64,000 nt of DNA from the human T2T-CHM13v2.0 reference genome, Homo sapiens. The notes under the pieces were generated by a model. That model had not been told where the DNA came from, did no database searches, and was given only the letters and a program-made list of their open reading frames with translations. A program made the position numbers and the translations under genes. Where the stretch lies: assembly GCF_009914755.1 (NCBI RefSeq), contig NC_060944.1. One strand, given 5' to 3'. Below are positions 51,134 through 63,205 of the stretch, piece by piece (within the stretch, counting starts at the first letter, position 1; each line of letters begins with the position of its first letter).

Positions 51134-51460
51134 TTTTTTTATTATTTTATTTTACTTTAAGTTCTGGGATACATGTGTAGAACGTGCAGGTTTGTTACAT
51201 AGGGATACATGTGCCATGGTGGTTTGCTGCACCCATCAACCCGTCATCTAGGTTTTAAGCCCCGCATGCATTAGGTATTTGTCCTCATGCTCTCCCTCCC
51301 CATGCCCCCCACTCTCCAACAGGCCCCAGTGTGTGATGTTCCCCTCCCTGTGTTCTCATTGTTCACCTCCCACTTATGAGTGAGAACATGCGGTTGGTTT
51401 TCTGTTCCTGCGTTAGTTTGTTGAGAATGATGACTTCCAGCTTCATCCATGTCCCTGCAA
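51134..51460 (-). mobile_element. 5'-truncated L1PA (L1PA8-like) 3' end with TSD
   Basis: TTTAAGTTCTGGGATACATGTG...TCTAGGTTTTAAGCCCCGCATGCATTAGG...CATCCATGTCCCTGCAA, flanked by AGA(G/A)ATGAGCATTTTC. Confidence 0.93.
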
Positions 51461-51476
51461 AGAAATGAGCATTTTC

Positions 51477-51795
51477 TTTTCTTTTTTTTCTTTTTCTTTT
51501 TTTTTTTTTTTTTTTTCTGAGACGGAATTTCGCTCTTGTCGCGCCAGGAGTACGGTGGCTCTATCTCAGCTCACAGCAACCTCCGCCTGCTGGGTTCAAG
51601 CGATTCTCCTGCCTCAGCCTCCCAAGTAGCTGGGAATACAGGAGTATGCCACCACGCCCAGCTAATTTTTGTATTTTTAGTAGAGACAGGGTTTCACCAT
51701 GTTGTCAGGCTGGTCTCGAACTCCTGACCTGGTGATCTGCCCGCCTCAGCCTCCCAAAGTGCTGGGATTACAGGCGTGAGCCACGGCACCTGGCC
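51477..51795 (-). mobile_element. AluS
   Basis: A poly-T tail precedes GAGACGGAATTTCGCTC...GTGAGCCACGGCACCTGGCC, flanked by AGAAATGAGCATTTTC. Confidence 0.96.
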
Positions 51796-52620
51796 CCAGA
51801 AATGAGCATTTTCTAAAGCTCGAAAACCTACCAGGTGAGTCTCTGGTGCTGTTTCCATTTTATTTCTAAATTGTCTTGCTTGGAAATGTGGCATCTTTTT
51901 TCTTTCCTGTGATTTCCCTCCTTCTGCTTTTTTTTTTTTTTTTTTTTTTCATTTTTAATGTTTCTGACTGATTATTGCCATTTCAGGGACTATGCCAAAG
52001 CTCTCTGAAGTAGCAAAATCCTCCTTATCTCTAAATCATCCCTAAGCTCCCAGCAATGGCAGGCAGCCCTGGGCAGGCCCTGCACCCAGCAACCTCTGCC
52101 CACAAGCACACATCCCCCCAAACATGTTTAGACCATGTCCACATGGCTCTGCACGCTTTCTAAAGGAGAAGAGAGGTAAGCCCTCCAACCCCTCAAATAT
52201 AGACAATGATGACGTTGAGCCCAACAAATTATAGACAAAAGTTTGAGATCAGCATGTCAGAAAGTGGGCTTGGCAGAACCTGTTTGGCCAGATGTTCACA
52301 GATGTTGCAGAAAAAAGGGCCAAACGTGGAAAGGCTGAACAGGGTTGACCCGCAGGACTCCCCTGAGTCTAAGCTGCAAATGTGCATCCCAAGCCTATTC
52401 TAGAGCCCCAAATCCCGCTCTTCCCAAGTCTGTTTAACTCTTGGAGCAAGCACCTCTCAAGGACCAGTTAGTTTTGCAAATGCAGAAAGGGGATGCCTGG
52501 GCATACCCCAGGAACAAGCCTAGCTTCACTGAGACACAGACTCCTTTTTTCCAGGCTGGTTGTACTCATGCAAATACAGCAAAGCCACCACAATGCAGGG
52601 CCCTGCCCAGTGCCCTGATT

Positions 52621-52938
52621 TGTCTGGACCCCACTGTGGTCTTAGTGTCCAGCGTGCCATCCAGTCTGTCTGGTCCCCACTTTGGTCTCAGTGTCCAGTG
52701 TGCCATCCGGTCTGTCTGCTCCCCACTGTGGTCTTAGTGGCCAGTGTGGCGTCTGGTCTGTCTGGTCCCCACTGTGGTCTTAGTGGCCAGTGTGGCATCC
52801 GGTCTGTCTGGTCCCCACTGTGGTCTCAGTGTCCAGCGTGGCATCCGGTCTGTCTGGTCCCCACTGTGGTCTCAGTGTCCAGCGTGGCATCCCGTCTGTC
52901 TGGTCCCCACTGTGGTCTCAGTGTCCAGCATGGCATCT
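52621..52938. repeat. 46-bp minisatellite (VNTR-like), ~7 copies
   Basis: The unit TGTCTGGTCCCCACTGTGGTCTCAGTGTCCAGCGTGGCATCCGGTC starts at 52621, 52667 and so on. Confidence 0.96.
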
Positions 52939-53006
52939 GCACTCCAGCCTGGGTGACAGAGGGAGATTCTGTCTCAAAACATAAATAAAAATAAATAAAT
53001 AAATAA
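52938..53006 (+). mobile_element. Alu 3'-terminal fragment with A-rich tail
   Basis: CTGCACTCCAGCCTGGGTGACAGAGGGAGATTCTGTCTC followed by (TAAA)n. Confidence 0.9.
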
Positions 53007-54169
53007 GTGAATGGATGATAACACTGTGAATGACTTCATTGTCCACACAGCAGTCACAGGTCAGATCTTTAGGCAGGTGTTTTGTCTGAATCGCCTGTTT
53101 TGATGCACGTGAGACTGACGTCTGGGGCAGCCGCCGGGGCAGTCAGGGAGACAGAACTCTCTGACACCGCTTTTGAGCTCGAGGGTCTGCTCCCATCTCT
53201 GACAATGGGATTCACAGCAGGGTGCAGGCAGGACTGAGAATATGATGAGGCAAGCAAGGCACAAGGATGCAAAATGCTCAGCAATGTCACCTCCAGACTC
53301 ATGCAAGCGCAGGGCTGGTCTCTAAGAGCGAGGCCTCCTTGCATTCTGAGCCCTGAGCACGGCACTTGTCTCACCCTCATCCTGGCCCTGCAGGTCTCAG
53401 GCAGCAGGCACAATACCAGGAAAACAGAGCTTCTCTTCCTGGAGTGTAAATTTTGCCCAAAGACTTGGCAGGGGAACTATTTTTTTCTGTTAAAAAGATC
53501 AGAGAAGAATGCAAAACTGAAGAGTTTTTAAGATAAAACATGCCCCGGGTTCTGGGGATACAAGCCCTTGTTTTCACCTTTAGTGGGATCTGGGTAGAAA
53601 TTTGAAAGAAGTTCCAATTAAACTGTTGATGAAAAGATTAGAAGACAGAATATGTGCTTATTGAATCTGCAGGAGACATGCGCTCTCATCATCTTAAGAT
53701 TCCTAAACATCAGAGCAGAGAAGAACAATGCACTAAGGTGGCCTTTGTCCTGGTTAAAATTCCACGCTGCACTTAAAAGCAAAGCTAGCTGCACAGGCAT
53801 TGATCTAAGGAATATGACTGAGCAGCCTCCGAGTGCTGGGCTCCGTGCTGGGGCAGACGTGCAGCTGTGAGATCAAGTGGCAAATCACAGGCGAGTGCCT
53901 GGAGGAAGAGAGCTGTGACAGTCCTGTTCGGATAGTTTCCATTTCACTCCTCCTTCAAGACCCAGTGGTGACTAAAAGCCTGTAAGAAGAAGATTTTTGA
54001 ATTGCAGATAAACCACGATAAGCTCCATGTATTAGACCAGGCAAGATATGCCTCAAGGACAACTCAACACTGCTTAGATTCTCAAATTCTAAATTCCACT
54101 GAGTTTAATTATCTGAACATGACAACACCATGAGGGTTCACTGATAAAACCTTGAGTTCTAGCAATGCT

Positions 54170-55960
54170 GCCTCATCTGTTCATTCATTCATTCTTCATT
54201 CATCCTTCCACGTGTCTGGCATTGTTGGGGCACTGAGATTCTCCAGTCCCCAGGTACTGCTCAATGCATCCAGTGGTGGAGACAGACAAGAACCAGTGAG
54301 TCTCACACAGAGCCAGCGGTATTGAGGGACAAGAGCTCGGTTGCAGGGTCAGGGTGACAGTGAGATCTGTTCCATGAGTGGATGACAGCCTGCTGGGGCA
54401 GGTCACTGAACAAGTGCTCAGCAGAAGAGGATCTGGAGATCTGGGAGAGAATCTGGGAGAAGCTTGGAAAGCAAGGTCACAGGTCCAGGACAAGAGTGGA
54501 GAGAGGCACTCACTTTGTACCCCAAAATTTAAGGAAACACAAAAAAACTCAGTGATCAAGATAAAGAATATTTTAATGATTTTAATGCAATACTTAGAAA
54601 ACAATCAAAATTAATGTGAAACATTCATGATAAATAAAATATCAAAATTTTAAAATCAGGACAGGGTCCCACAAGGCCAAGGTCAGGGCAAGGTGAGTGA
54701 GGCGGGTCATGCAGGTGCAGGTCGAAGCCCATCTTGATCTAAAATTTTTATATCACATATTTTTTGCATTAATTTTTACTTTTTAAATATTGCATTATTG
54801 ATCTTGATTCTGAGTAATTTCCCACCCCTTTCCATTTTTGCACTTGTGGTCAATGCCTGACTCTCCCTACCCTGGTCCCACCCTCCAAGGACGAGGGGTT
54901 GGGGAAGGAGGCAGGGGCCGGACCACAGCAGAGGCTCAAGGGTCATGCTCCAGACCCTGGGCTTTATCCAGCAGCATTGGGGAGTCACAGAATGACATAT
55001 CCAACATGTTTATGTGACAAGATTGCTTGGGATAAGAATTTGGAGTGAGGGGAGGGAGGACCAGAAAGAAGGGGGTGAAAGCAGTTAGGAGGGAGTCATG
55101 AGTATCCAGGCAAGAGGTGCAAATAATCTGGAGAAGACTGGTGGGAAAACAGTGAATGAATTGGAGAGCATCAGGCAGTGAAATCAGCAAGATAAAGGCC
55201 AGGACACATGGATTCAAGAGCATCACTTCTAATTTTCTGATGGTGCAATTCACTGCGGCCATGATTAGCTTGGAGTGGGGGTAGAGAATGGGTCTGGTTT
55301 TTGGCCTATTGAAGCCCCATTCATTTGCAGCATTCTAGTAAGATGATGAGCAGAAGGTGGGCAGGCAGGTATGCAGTCAGGATGATTTGGCTGGGTTTGA
55401 GTTGAAGGAATCGGTTTGGGAGGTATCGGTGCAGAGGTGGTAATTAAGGGAGTCACATCATACAGGGGACCTCCATGCAGTGGCTCATGCAATATTTGGG
55501 ATATACTCAAAAATGACCTGCTGTCCATCTACAAGTCAAGCCTAACTGGGTGTCTTATGTTTTTCTTTGCTACGCCTGGCAGTAGCCCCAGTGGTGACTG
55601 GGGCCACAGGCTCTGGTGAGCTCACCTGGAAAGCAAGTAGAGAGGAGAAGGGGCCTGGGAAGAAGCTGCTGGGGAGTCTGGCAGCTGTAGTTCCCGGACC
55701 GCAGGGGAAACCAGGAGAGTTTGGTTTTGCAGAAGCCAGAAGGAAAGGTCATTTCGTTACTGTGTCAAGCTGCTGAAAACCAGTTAAAATGAGAACTGAA
55801 GGCAGAGTGCTTTGGACTTGGGCATATGGAGGTCATGGGGTCGCTCACCGGGTGCTTCTTTGCAGAGGGCAGGAAGCCAGATGGGAGGGGCAGCGAGGGG
55901 CACAAGGAGAGGCAGACAGGAGCAAGTTGGCCATGCGGAGGTGAGAGAGTCAGGGCAGTG
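54170..55960 (-). mobile_element. Fragmented L2, interrupted by MER96B
   Basis: A TTCATTCATTCATT terminus with GGGCACTGAGAT at the start, and further L2 body after 54900 (GGACTTGGGCATATGGAGGTCATGG). Confidence 0.55.
54480..54885. mobile_element. MER96B-like palindromic hAT MITE
   Basis: Inverted arms CAAAATTTAAGG...CTCAGTGATCAAGATAA...AAAATTAATG and CATTAATTTT...GATCTTGATTCTGAG, with a central AGGGCAAGGTGAGTGAGGC. Confidence 0.8.
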
Positions 55961-57191
55961 GCTGAGGGAGGTGGGCGCACAGGTGGAGATGGGAGCACGT
56001 CCAGGTGTGAGTTGTTGGTGTCTCTGAATCAGTCCCCTTCTCCATGCACAGCCCAGGAGCCCCCAGCATCTCTCCCTGGACAGTGCCCTTGGTCTCTCAG
56101 GGCTTCTGGTACAACCCCTCCCAACTCATCACCACCTATTCTCTCCTGTCACCCTGCTGGTGTCATTTTGTACATCCCCAGTGTCCTGTTCTCCCTGGAT
56201 AGACCCCCCAATCTCCAGCATGGCCTGTGGGACCCTCCTCCTCTGCCCTCACCGACCCCTCCCACACCACCACCCAGACACCCTGCTTTGTTTCACCTCC
56301 AAGCCACTATTCTTCTGATTTTAAAATAACTTGAAACCTTTTCCTGGACCCCTGAAAGTCTCTTACAGGCAGTGTGCCCGGAGAAACAGGCCCTGCCCAG
56401 GGCTCCTGCTGAGCTGCCCTGCGTTAGTGCTCACTCTGCCCTGCCTTTGAGGGGCTAGTCTCGCGCCCAACCTGGCCAGCAACTGCCCCGGGTCACCTCC
56501 TCTGGCTCAGTCCAGCAGGCCAAGCTGATCAGGCTGGGAAGGAGGCGAGTCCACCCCGTGCTGGACAGGCTGTCGTGACTAAACGAACGTGAACATGGCC
56601 ATCTGCCTGGAGAGGGCAATGTTATCATCACCAGGAAAACCCAAGTAAGCTGGTGAGGCCACAGCAAATGCAGAGAAAAGCCCACAGCCATTCGCCGGGC
56701 ATGAAGCTATGGATTCGATGCTACGCCTGTCACCAGCAGCCGTTCCTCATCCTGTCGTGGGGGTGCTCGTTTCAGGGTGGGTTTAATCCTAGCATCTATT
56801 TTGCTCTCATTGTCCACTGAAATTATTCCAGCCCAACCAGACTTGTGATAGGAACGAGAGTTTTATCAGATTTTTTATTTCACGTTTAGGTTTTTCTTCA
56901 AATAGTATTTTGATGGGGGAAGCAACACAGAATTAAATAACAGGTTTTTTAGGTTTATTTATTTTGAAAAAACAAAAAAAGTATTTTTTCATTATAGAAA
57001 GTGATCTGCCTGTGACTTATAATTAGAGCGAGAAACAAAACATGGGAAAGAAATGTATTTTTGACATATATATGTATTTCATTATCAATATATATGCATA
57101 TATATCAATATATCATATACATAGAGATATACACATGTATGTTTACATATATCAATATATGATAAATATCAATATATGCATAGTGTGTTCA

Positions 57192-57685
<494 letters not shown>

Positions 57686-58142
57686 CTACCACATTGCTAC
57701 ATTTTAATCATCACCCACTGGTGAGGACACTGAAGGTCAGTGCCCTTGTGACTTACTTGAGATTACCTGGCTGGGCTTGAACCCAGGTCTCCTCACTCCA
57801 AATGTCACAGTCTTTTCGTTAGCTCTGTTGCCTCCCGGTGGCACACAATTACCATTTTACAAACCTCAAACTTGTCCCCAAGAGGCAACTGCTTTAACTG
57901 TTTGATGTCTTTTATCCCCCTTGCAATGGACTCTAATCCACTTTTAAAAGTGAATACCTCAAATCTGCAGCTTTAGGGAGATATATTCCAGGTGCTGGCT
58001 CGGCTGTCTGCTGATTGATAAATGCCAAGACTGCTCCTGATTTGAGGCAAGAGATGGGTGCAGTCCTGGGAAGAAAAAGCACGCCTGGAGAGTCAGCTGA
58101 CTGCGAGCGACAGCCACGCTAGTGTCGAATGGGGTCATGAAA

Positions 58143-58316
58143 GCCACCTGAGCACTCAGCATGTGCCTGCAGTCCCACCTACTCAAGAGGCTGTGGCGGG
58201 GGATCGCTTGAGCCCAGGAGTTTGGGACTGTAGCATGCTAGGACTGCACCTGTGAATGGCCACTGCACTCCAGCCTGGGCAACAAAGCGAGGCCCCATCA
58301 TTAAAAAAAGAAAAAA
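58143..58316 (+). mobile_element. FAM (fossil Alu monomer)
   Basis: A monomer retaining 7SL-derived CCTGTGAATGGCCACTGCACTCCAGCCTGGGCAACAAAGCGAG after GATCGCTTGAGCCCAGGAGTT, with an A tail. Confidence 0.85.
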
Positions 58317-58846
58317 GTTATCCAGGGCCACGAGACCCAGCCAGTCACCCCTCATTTTTCAGCCCTGACTCTGCCATTTAGTGTAACCCTTGAAAAGACA
58401 TGCTGGGACTATGACCTGTTCTTATAATATTTTCAAACCTGTATGTGGCCCCAGATGTTTCTTGGCCCACACGATGGACCTGTCACACCTCGTGGAACCT
58501 GAACTACTCCTCTGAGCACAGTGCACTCCAGAACCAGCAGCTGGGACCATCCAGATCACAGCAGCCTCAAATCATCTGGCCTAAAAACCCAGACCGGCAC
58601 TCCTTGAACAGCTCCTCCAATGCCAGTGAAGTCTTAGAACTCAGATTGCTGCAAAGTGGGAAAGCAATCTCCCTTCCCCTGGGGCCAGCGACCAGCTGAC
58701 CTAACTGTGAAGGCTGCTAGACTGCTCAATGGCTCAGCAGAGCTTATGTCTTCGTTCACAAGGAACAAGCCTTAAAATCCAGCTGTGATATTCACTTTGA
58801 GGCTTTAACACGTTGTTAGTGAAAAATCTGTTTGGAAATACATTTT

Positions 58847-59059
58847 TTTATTTATGTTTTATTTTATTTTTTTTATATACTTTAAGTTATAGGGTACACG
58901 TGCACAACATGCAGGCTTGTTACATATGTATACATGTGCCATGTTGGTTTGCTGCACCCATTAACTCGTCATTTACATTAGGTATTTCTCCTAATGCTAT
59001 CCCTCCCCCATCCCCCCACCCCACGACAGGCCCCAGTGTGTGATGTTCCCCACCCTGTA
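58847..59059 (-). mobile_element. Short 5'-truncated L1PA (PA4-6-like) with TSD
   Basis: TATACTTTAAGTTATAGGGTACACGTGCACAAC...CCCATTAACTCGTCATTTACATTAGG. The TSD GAAATACATTTT is at 58835-58846 and 59060-59071. Confidence 0.93.
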
Positions 59060-59074
59060 GAAATACATTTTGAG

Positions 59075-59231
59075 TTAATCAAATGCAATCAAGAAAATGA
59101 GATGTCCTCCAAAAATTTAATGTAACAAAGATTTTTTTACAGTAGTAATTCTCATTGCTGGGGATGGTGTGGTGCAATAGGCTTTCTCATACACTACTGG
59201 AAGTTCCTTCCAGGAAAAACTATTTGTTGAT

Positions 59232-59270
<39 letters not shown>

Positions 59271-59820
59271 AGAAGAAATGTGTTAAAAACACTCACCTAC
59301 TTTTATCAGTAATTCCACTTTTGGGGATCTGGCCGAAGAAAATAATCAGGAAATGAAAACTGGTTCATATAAACAGGCATTAATCCTGGCATTATTTGAC
59401 TTTTTAAAAAATTAAATGTCCAACACTACCAAAGTGATTAAATAAATTATGGAATGTCCTTGTGATGGAATATTTATACAGTTATTAAAACTGATGTTTG
59501 CATAGTTTTAATGCAAACATACTTTCATGTATGCAAAGTATTTTTTTAATAAAAAGGAAATGGCACGCTTATGACCCCACGGTGAGTGCAAATGGCATAC
59601 ACATAGCACAGTGTCACTCAGCATAGGCTATAGGACCATAGACAAGGACCTGGACCATAGACAAGGACCTGGAATAAAATATTTTGAGATTAATAATGGT
59701 TAGAATATGTGAAGCTTCTGTTTTCTCCTTTATACTTTTTTTGTTTTCTTCCACAATTTTAGAATTATCTTGATTTCCTTTCACTACAAGAAAATAAATA
59801 CTTAAATACATTAGTAAATA
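59075..59820 (+). mobile_element. Old L1M (ME/MC-type) remnant containing (TG)n at 59234-59267
   Basis: AAATGCAATCAAG...CTCATACACTACTGG...AGTAATTCCACTTTTGGGGATCT...ATAAATTATGG...ATGGAATATT. Confidence 0.65.
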
Positions 59821-60689
59821 TTTTGGGGTAGAGAAGATTTTTAAGACGGTAGTTATGAGTAGTTGTGTATTCACAACAGCAATATTCCCCCTGGAGAGTG
59901 AGCTAATAAACACATGCTCTGGTATAAATAGCTGTAGGGCTTTGACATTGCCTTTACATTCAAAATGAGTTCATGTCATGCTGAAAGAGGAGTCCCGAGG
60001 GAAGCAGGACCTCGCTGCAGAGCTTGGCTTAGGAGAAGCAGAGAGCTGGGTGCTTCCCCACCTGATTCCCAGCTTCTGCTCTGTGAGTTCCAAGCTGCAA
60101 AACTCTGGGCAAGTCACTTATCAGCTGTGATCCATCTGTCGCCGTCGATAGAGCAGCATCAGTGACTCCTGGCTTCCTCACAGGGCCACCAGGAGGGCCA
60201 GCAGATGACCTCAGTGGGAGACAGCAGGGCTGTTGAGACGAGGACTCCCCAGCTGTTGCAGGGTCCATACAGCAGTTTGGGGGACACCAGCCTCCAGGTC
60301 AAGTTCTGGTCTGCTGTGACCCGAGGCCCCAGAGATCCCTGTGGAAAGACTGAACTACTCACATAATGCTGACCACTGGAGTTTGCAAAGCCTGTTGACA
60401 TTTGAGAGCTCACCTCTAAGCCACCTGGCTGTTCTGTGAGGTGGACAAGGTGGGGAAATGGTGCTTCTGCGACAGACAGTGAAGCTGATGCTCAGAGATT
60501 GGATCTCAGGAACCCAAGTCCCCAACGTGGCCCAGGGGGTCTTGAAGCCTGACCTGTGGCCCAGCCCCCAGACTCCAAGGCCAGGGCTCTTTTTACTATC
60601 CTCTGTGAGATGGAGATGGGTTTACTATGTCCATTTTACAAATAGGGAAACTGAGACTCCCAGAAGGCCGGGTGACGAGCCCAACTCAT

Positions 60690-61280
60690 ATATGCTCAGA
60701 TCTGTGAGGTGACATAGGGTTCCTAAAAATCACGGTAGCATGCAGGGCCTGTGGCAAGAATGGGGTTAGGAGCACAACACTCAAAATATTACCAGTAACA
60801 TTGAAAACAAAGACAGAAGCTGAATAAAATGATAGCACCATTTTACACACGTTAAATGCATAGGAAATGCATAAACACGAAGGTAAACATGGCACTTACC
60901 TTGGGAAAGATCCGAATTTACCTGTGCACCTGGGCCCAAGAAGAGTTACAGTTTCTAAGTGATTGTGCAGTGGAGGAAGGAGGGTTACCTGAAATGGAGC
61001 AGATGGTTGTAACACCAGGTGTGGACAGGTGTGGCTCCTAACCCACAGCTGAGGTGACGTTGAAGGGCCACGTGTGTGTGCACATGCTTGTGTGTGTGTG
61101 TGTGTCCTGCAGGGCTTGCCAAGCAGGATGTAGTTTTCTGCATTGGCCTAGCATTTCCTGAGGACAAAATCACATATAGGTAAAAACCAAATTCGCATCA
61201 CGCTCAAATTACCACTAACATGTCAATCACACTAGAACAAATTTGTATTTTCAAGACAAGCCTCAGAGCAGAACTGGCTG
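60690..61280 (-). mobile_element. Tigger13a-like TcMar DNA transposon
   Basis: The reverse strand begins TACAGCCAGTTCTGCT...GAAAATACAAATTTGTTCTAGTGTGATTGACATGTTAG...AATTTGAGCG...GCGAATTT, matching the recalled Tigger13a terminus with a TA target. Confidence 0.7.
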
Positions 61281-61559
61281 TACCTAGTGCAGGGTGAGGC
61301 TGCAAGTGAAACACGGGCGCGCTTCTTTTTCTGATCCCAAAGTGTTCTTTACATAGAATGTTTCTGCAGGCATTTTCTTCTTTCTCTTCCTCTTAGCCTG
61401 GCTCCAGGCTGGCAGTAGATAGCATCAGCTACCTGCAACAGATGGGGTTGATGGGGTGGCGCGGGCAATGGCGCAGGAAAAATTCTGAGACTACGCCTGA
61501 ACCAGCAGAAGGAAGCCATGATGGGTCATGGTGTCTTGGAGACACAGATGAGAGAGTTT

Positions 61560-61740
61560 TGTACTCTACTCCAGATCTGCAACTTGCCAACTGCGTGGGC
61601 TTGGACAGGAGACTCAGCTTCCTTGAAGCTTGGTTTCCTCGTCTGTAAAATGGGAATAAATGTAGTACAACCCTCACCAGGTGAGTCTAAGGGTTAAATG
61701 AGATCAGGCATGTAGTAAGTGTTCAACAAACTCTGATGAC
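61560..61740 (+). mobile_element. MIR
   Basis: GGTTTCCTCGTCTGTAAAATGGGAATAA...GGTTAAATGAGAT. Confidence 0.85.
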
Positions 61741-62227
61741 CTTGCTCCTCCTCCTCCCCTTCCTCTACTCCCTCTTCCAAATCTCCTTCTACTGCTTCTT
61801 CATAGTCATCTTTGTCATCATCACCATCATCATCATCACCATCGTCATCCTACCACCAAAGAAAAAAAGTCACAACCCCCCAGTTCCTGAGACATGGACG
61901 ATGGAGCCAATTTTCTAGGAGCATCAAAATCTTAATGAATCCTCTGGGTCTGAGGTACATCATTTGTCCTTGCACCCTAGACTTCACTTACTGCAGGAAG
62001 CAAGCTCTTCCTTGAGAAAAGCAGCAGGAGCAAAGCGCTCCTTGGCTTGGTCTCCCCAAATGGCAGTTTTCCTATTGGGTCCTGTGCTGTGACTTTTCTT
62101 CCCTGGAGCTCTGCATTTGTGCGCATTCCTTACGTGCCCTGAATGATCTCAGCACCAATTGCCCACACGTCTGAAACCAGGAGGCCAGCTCCAGGAAGGC
62201 GGGACATGTCTGGGAGGTGGTTTCAGG

Positions 62228-62378
62228 CATTCAAAGTGCTGTCCACAGACTACAAGCATGGGCATCGCCTGGGAGCTTGTTAGGAATGCAAAATCTCAGG
62301 CCCGGCCAGGAACCATAACCTGCATTTTAATAGGATGCCCAGGTGATCCGATGCACATTACAGTTCGAGAAGCACTGG
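62228..62378. mobile_element. MER5A-type MITE
   Basis: CATCGCCTGGGAGCTTGTTAGGAATGCAAAATCTCAGGCCC...CTGCATTTTAA...CCCAGGTGAT...GAGAAGCACTGG. Confidence 0.88.
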
Positions 62379-62709
62379 TCTTAAGGGACACAAGAGCCAC
62401 AGCCCACTGGGCTCTGGGAGAAATGGCTATCCCTTGATATGTTGAATGCCTGTTTCTTTTGGTATGTCCTGGGGATTACGTGCACATGTCTAAACTCACA
62501 TGGGATGGTGTTAGAATCCTGACTCCAGCTGATATTCTGTGTGGCTTCAGGCAATTGGCTTCACCTTTCTGAGCCTCTGTTTCTTTTTCTGTGGTCTGAA
62601 ATCATAATAATAATAGTTATTAATGTTTGACACAAAACATTAATGCATCCAGCACAGTTCTTAGCATGCAGTAAAACTCACAGAAAATGATATGACCACC
62701 ATTGTTATT

Positions 62710-63205
62710 TGGGGTGAACACTGCAAGGTCCTCCACCAATATCCACTTTCTTTTTCTTCTTCACTAACAGAATCTCAATTTTATTCAAGCAGTAAATTGC
62801 GTTTCACAATAGGCACCTTAGTAGATGTGCCTGTTCAACAACGTTCGCCTTCCCAGACCTCCTGGAAACCAGAAATGACCATGTGACCATGGTCACAATC
62901 CTTTGGCAGCTTTCTCTCCTCAATAGAAAAAAAAAAAAAGATTTTAGAATGTCCTTTCTTTCCTTTCCTCCCTTCTTTCTTCTTGGACTCTGGATGTGAT
63001 GTCTGGAGACAAAGCAGCCATTTTGTTCTGGTGGGGATGAAAAGCACAGTGGAAGGATGGGTAAGAGGAGAGAAAGAAGGTGGCTGGGTTTCAGTAGCAC
63101 TGTGGAGCCACTATTTGGATTGCCTGTGTCTGGGCTTCATGGTATGAAGCAGGTGGGAGGATTAAAGATCAATTTCTCTGACATACAGCCCAACATAGTC
63201 CTAAC
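62710..63205 (+). mobile_element. MLT1J-type MaLR LTR
   Basis: CACTAACAGAATCTCAATTTTATTCA...TTCCCAGACCTCC...GATGTGATGTCTGGAG...GCAGCCATTTTG. Confidence 0.65.

Noticed and set aside
52441-52988. Repetitive Cys-rich ORFs and a CRISPR-like appearance of the 46-bp array
   Set aside because: The units are head-to-tail with no unique spacers, there are no cas genes, and the DNA is eukaryotic. The 46-bp period cycles through reading frames.
52621-53006. SVA element (VNTR plus Alu-like sequence plus A tail)
   Set aside because: There is no CCCTCT hexamer and no SINE-R, the VNTR unit is unrelated to the SVA VNTR, and the Alu piece is in sense orientation at the 3' end.
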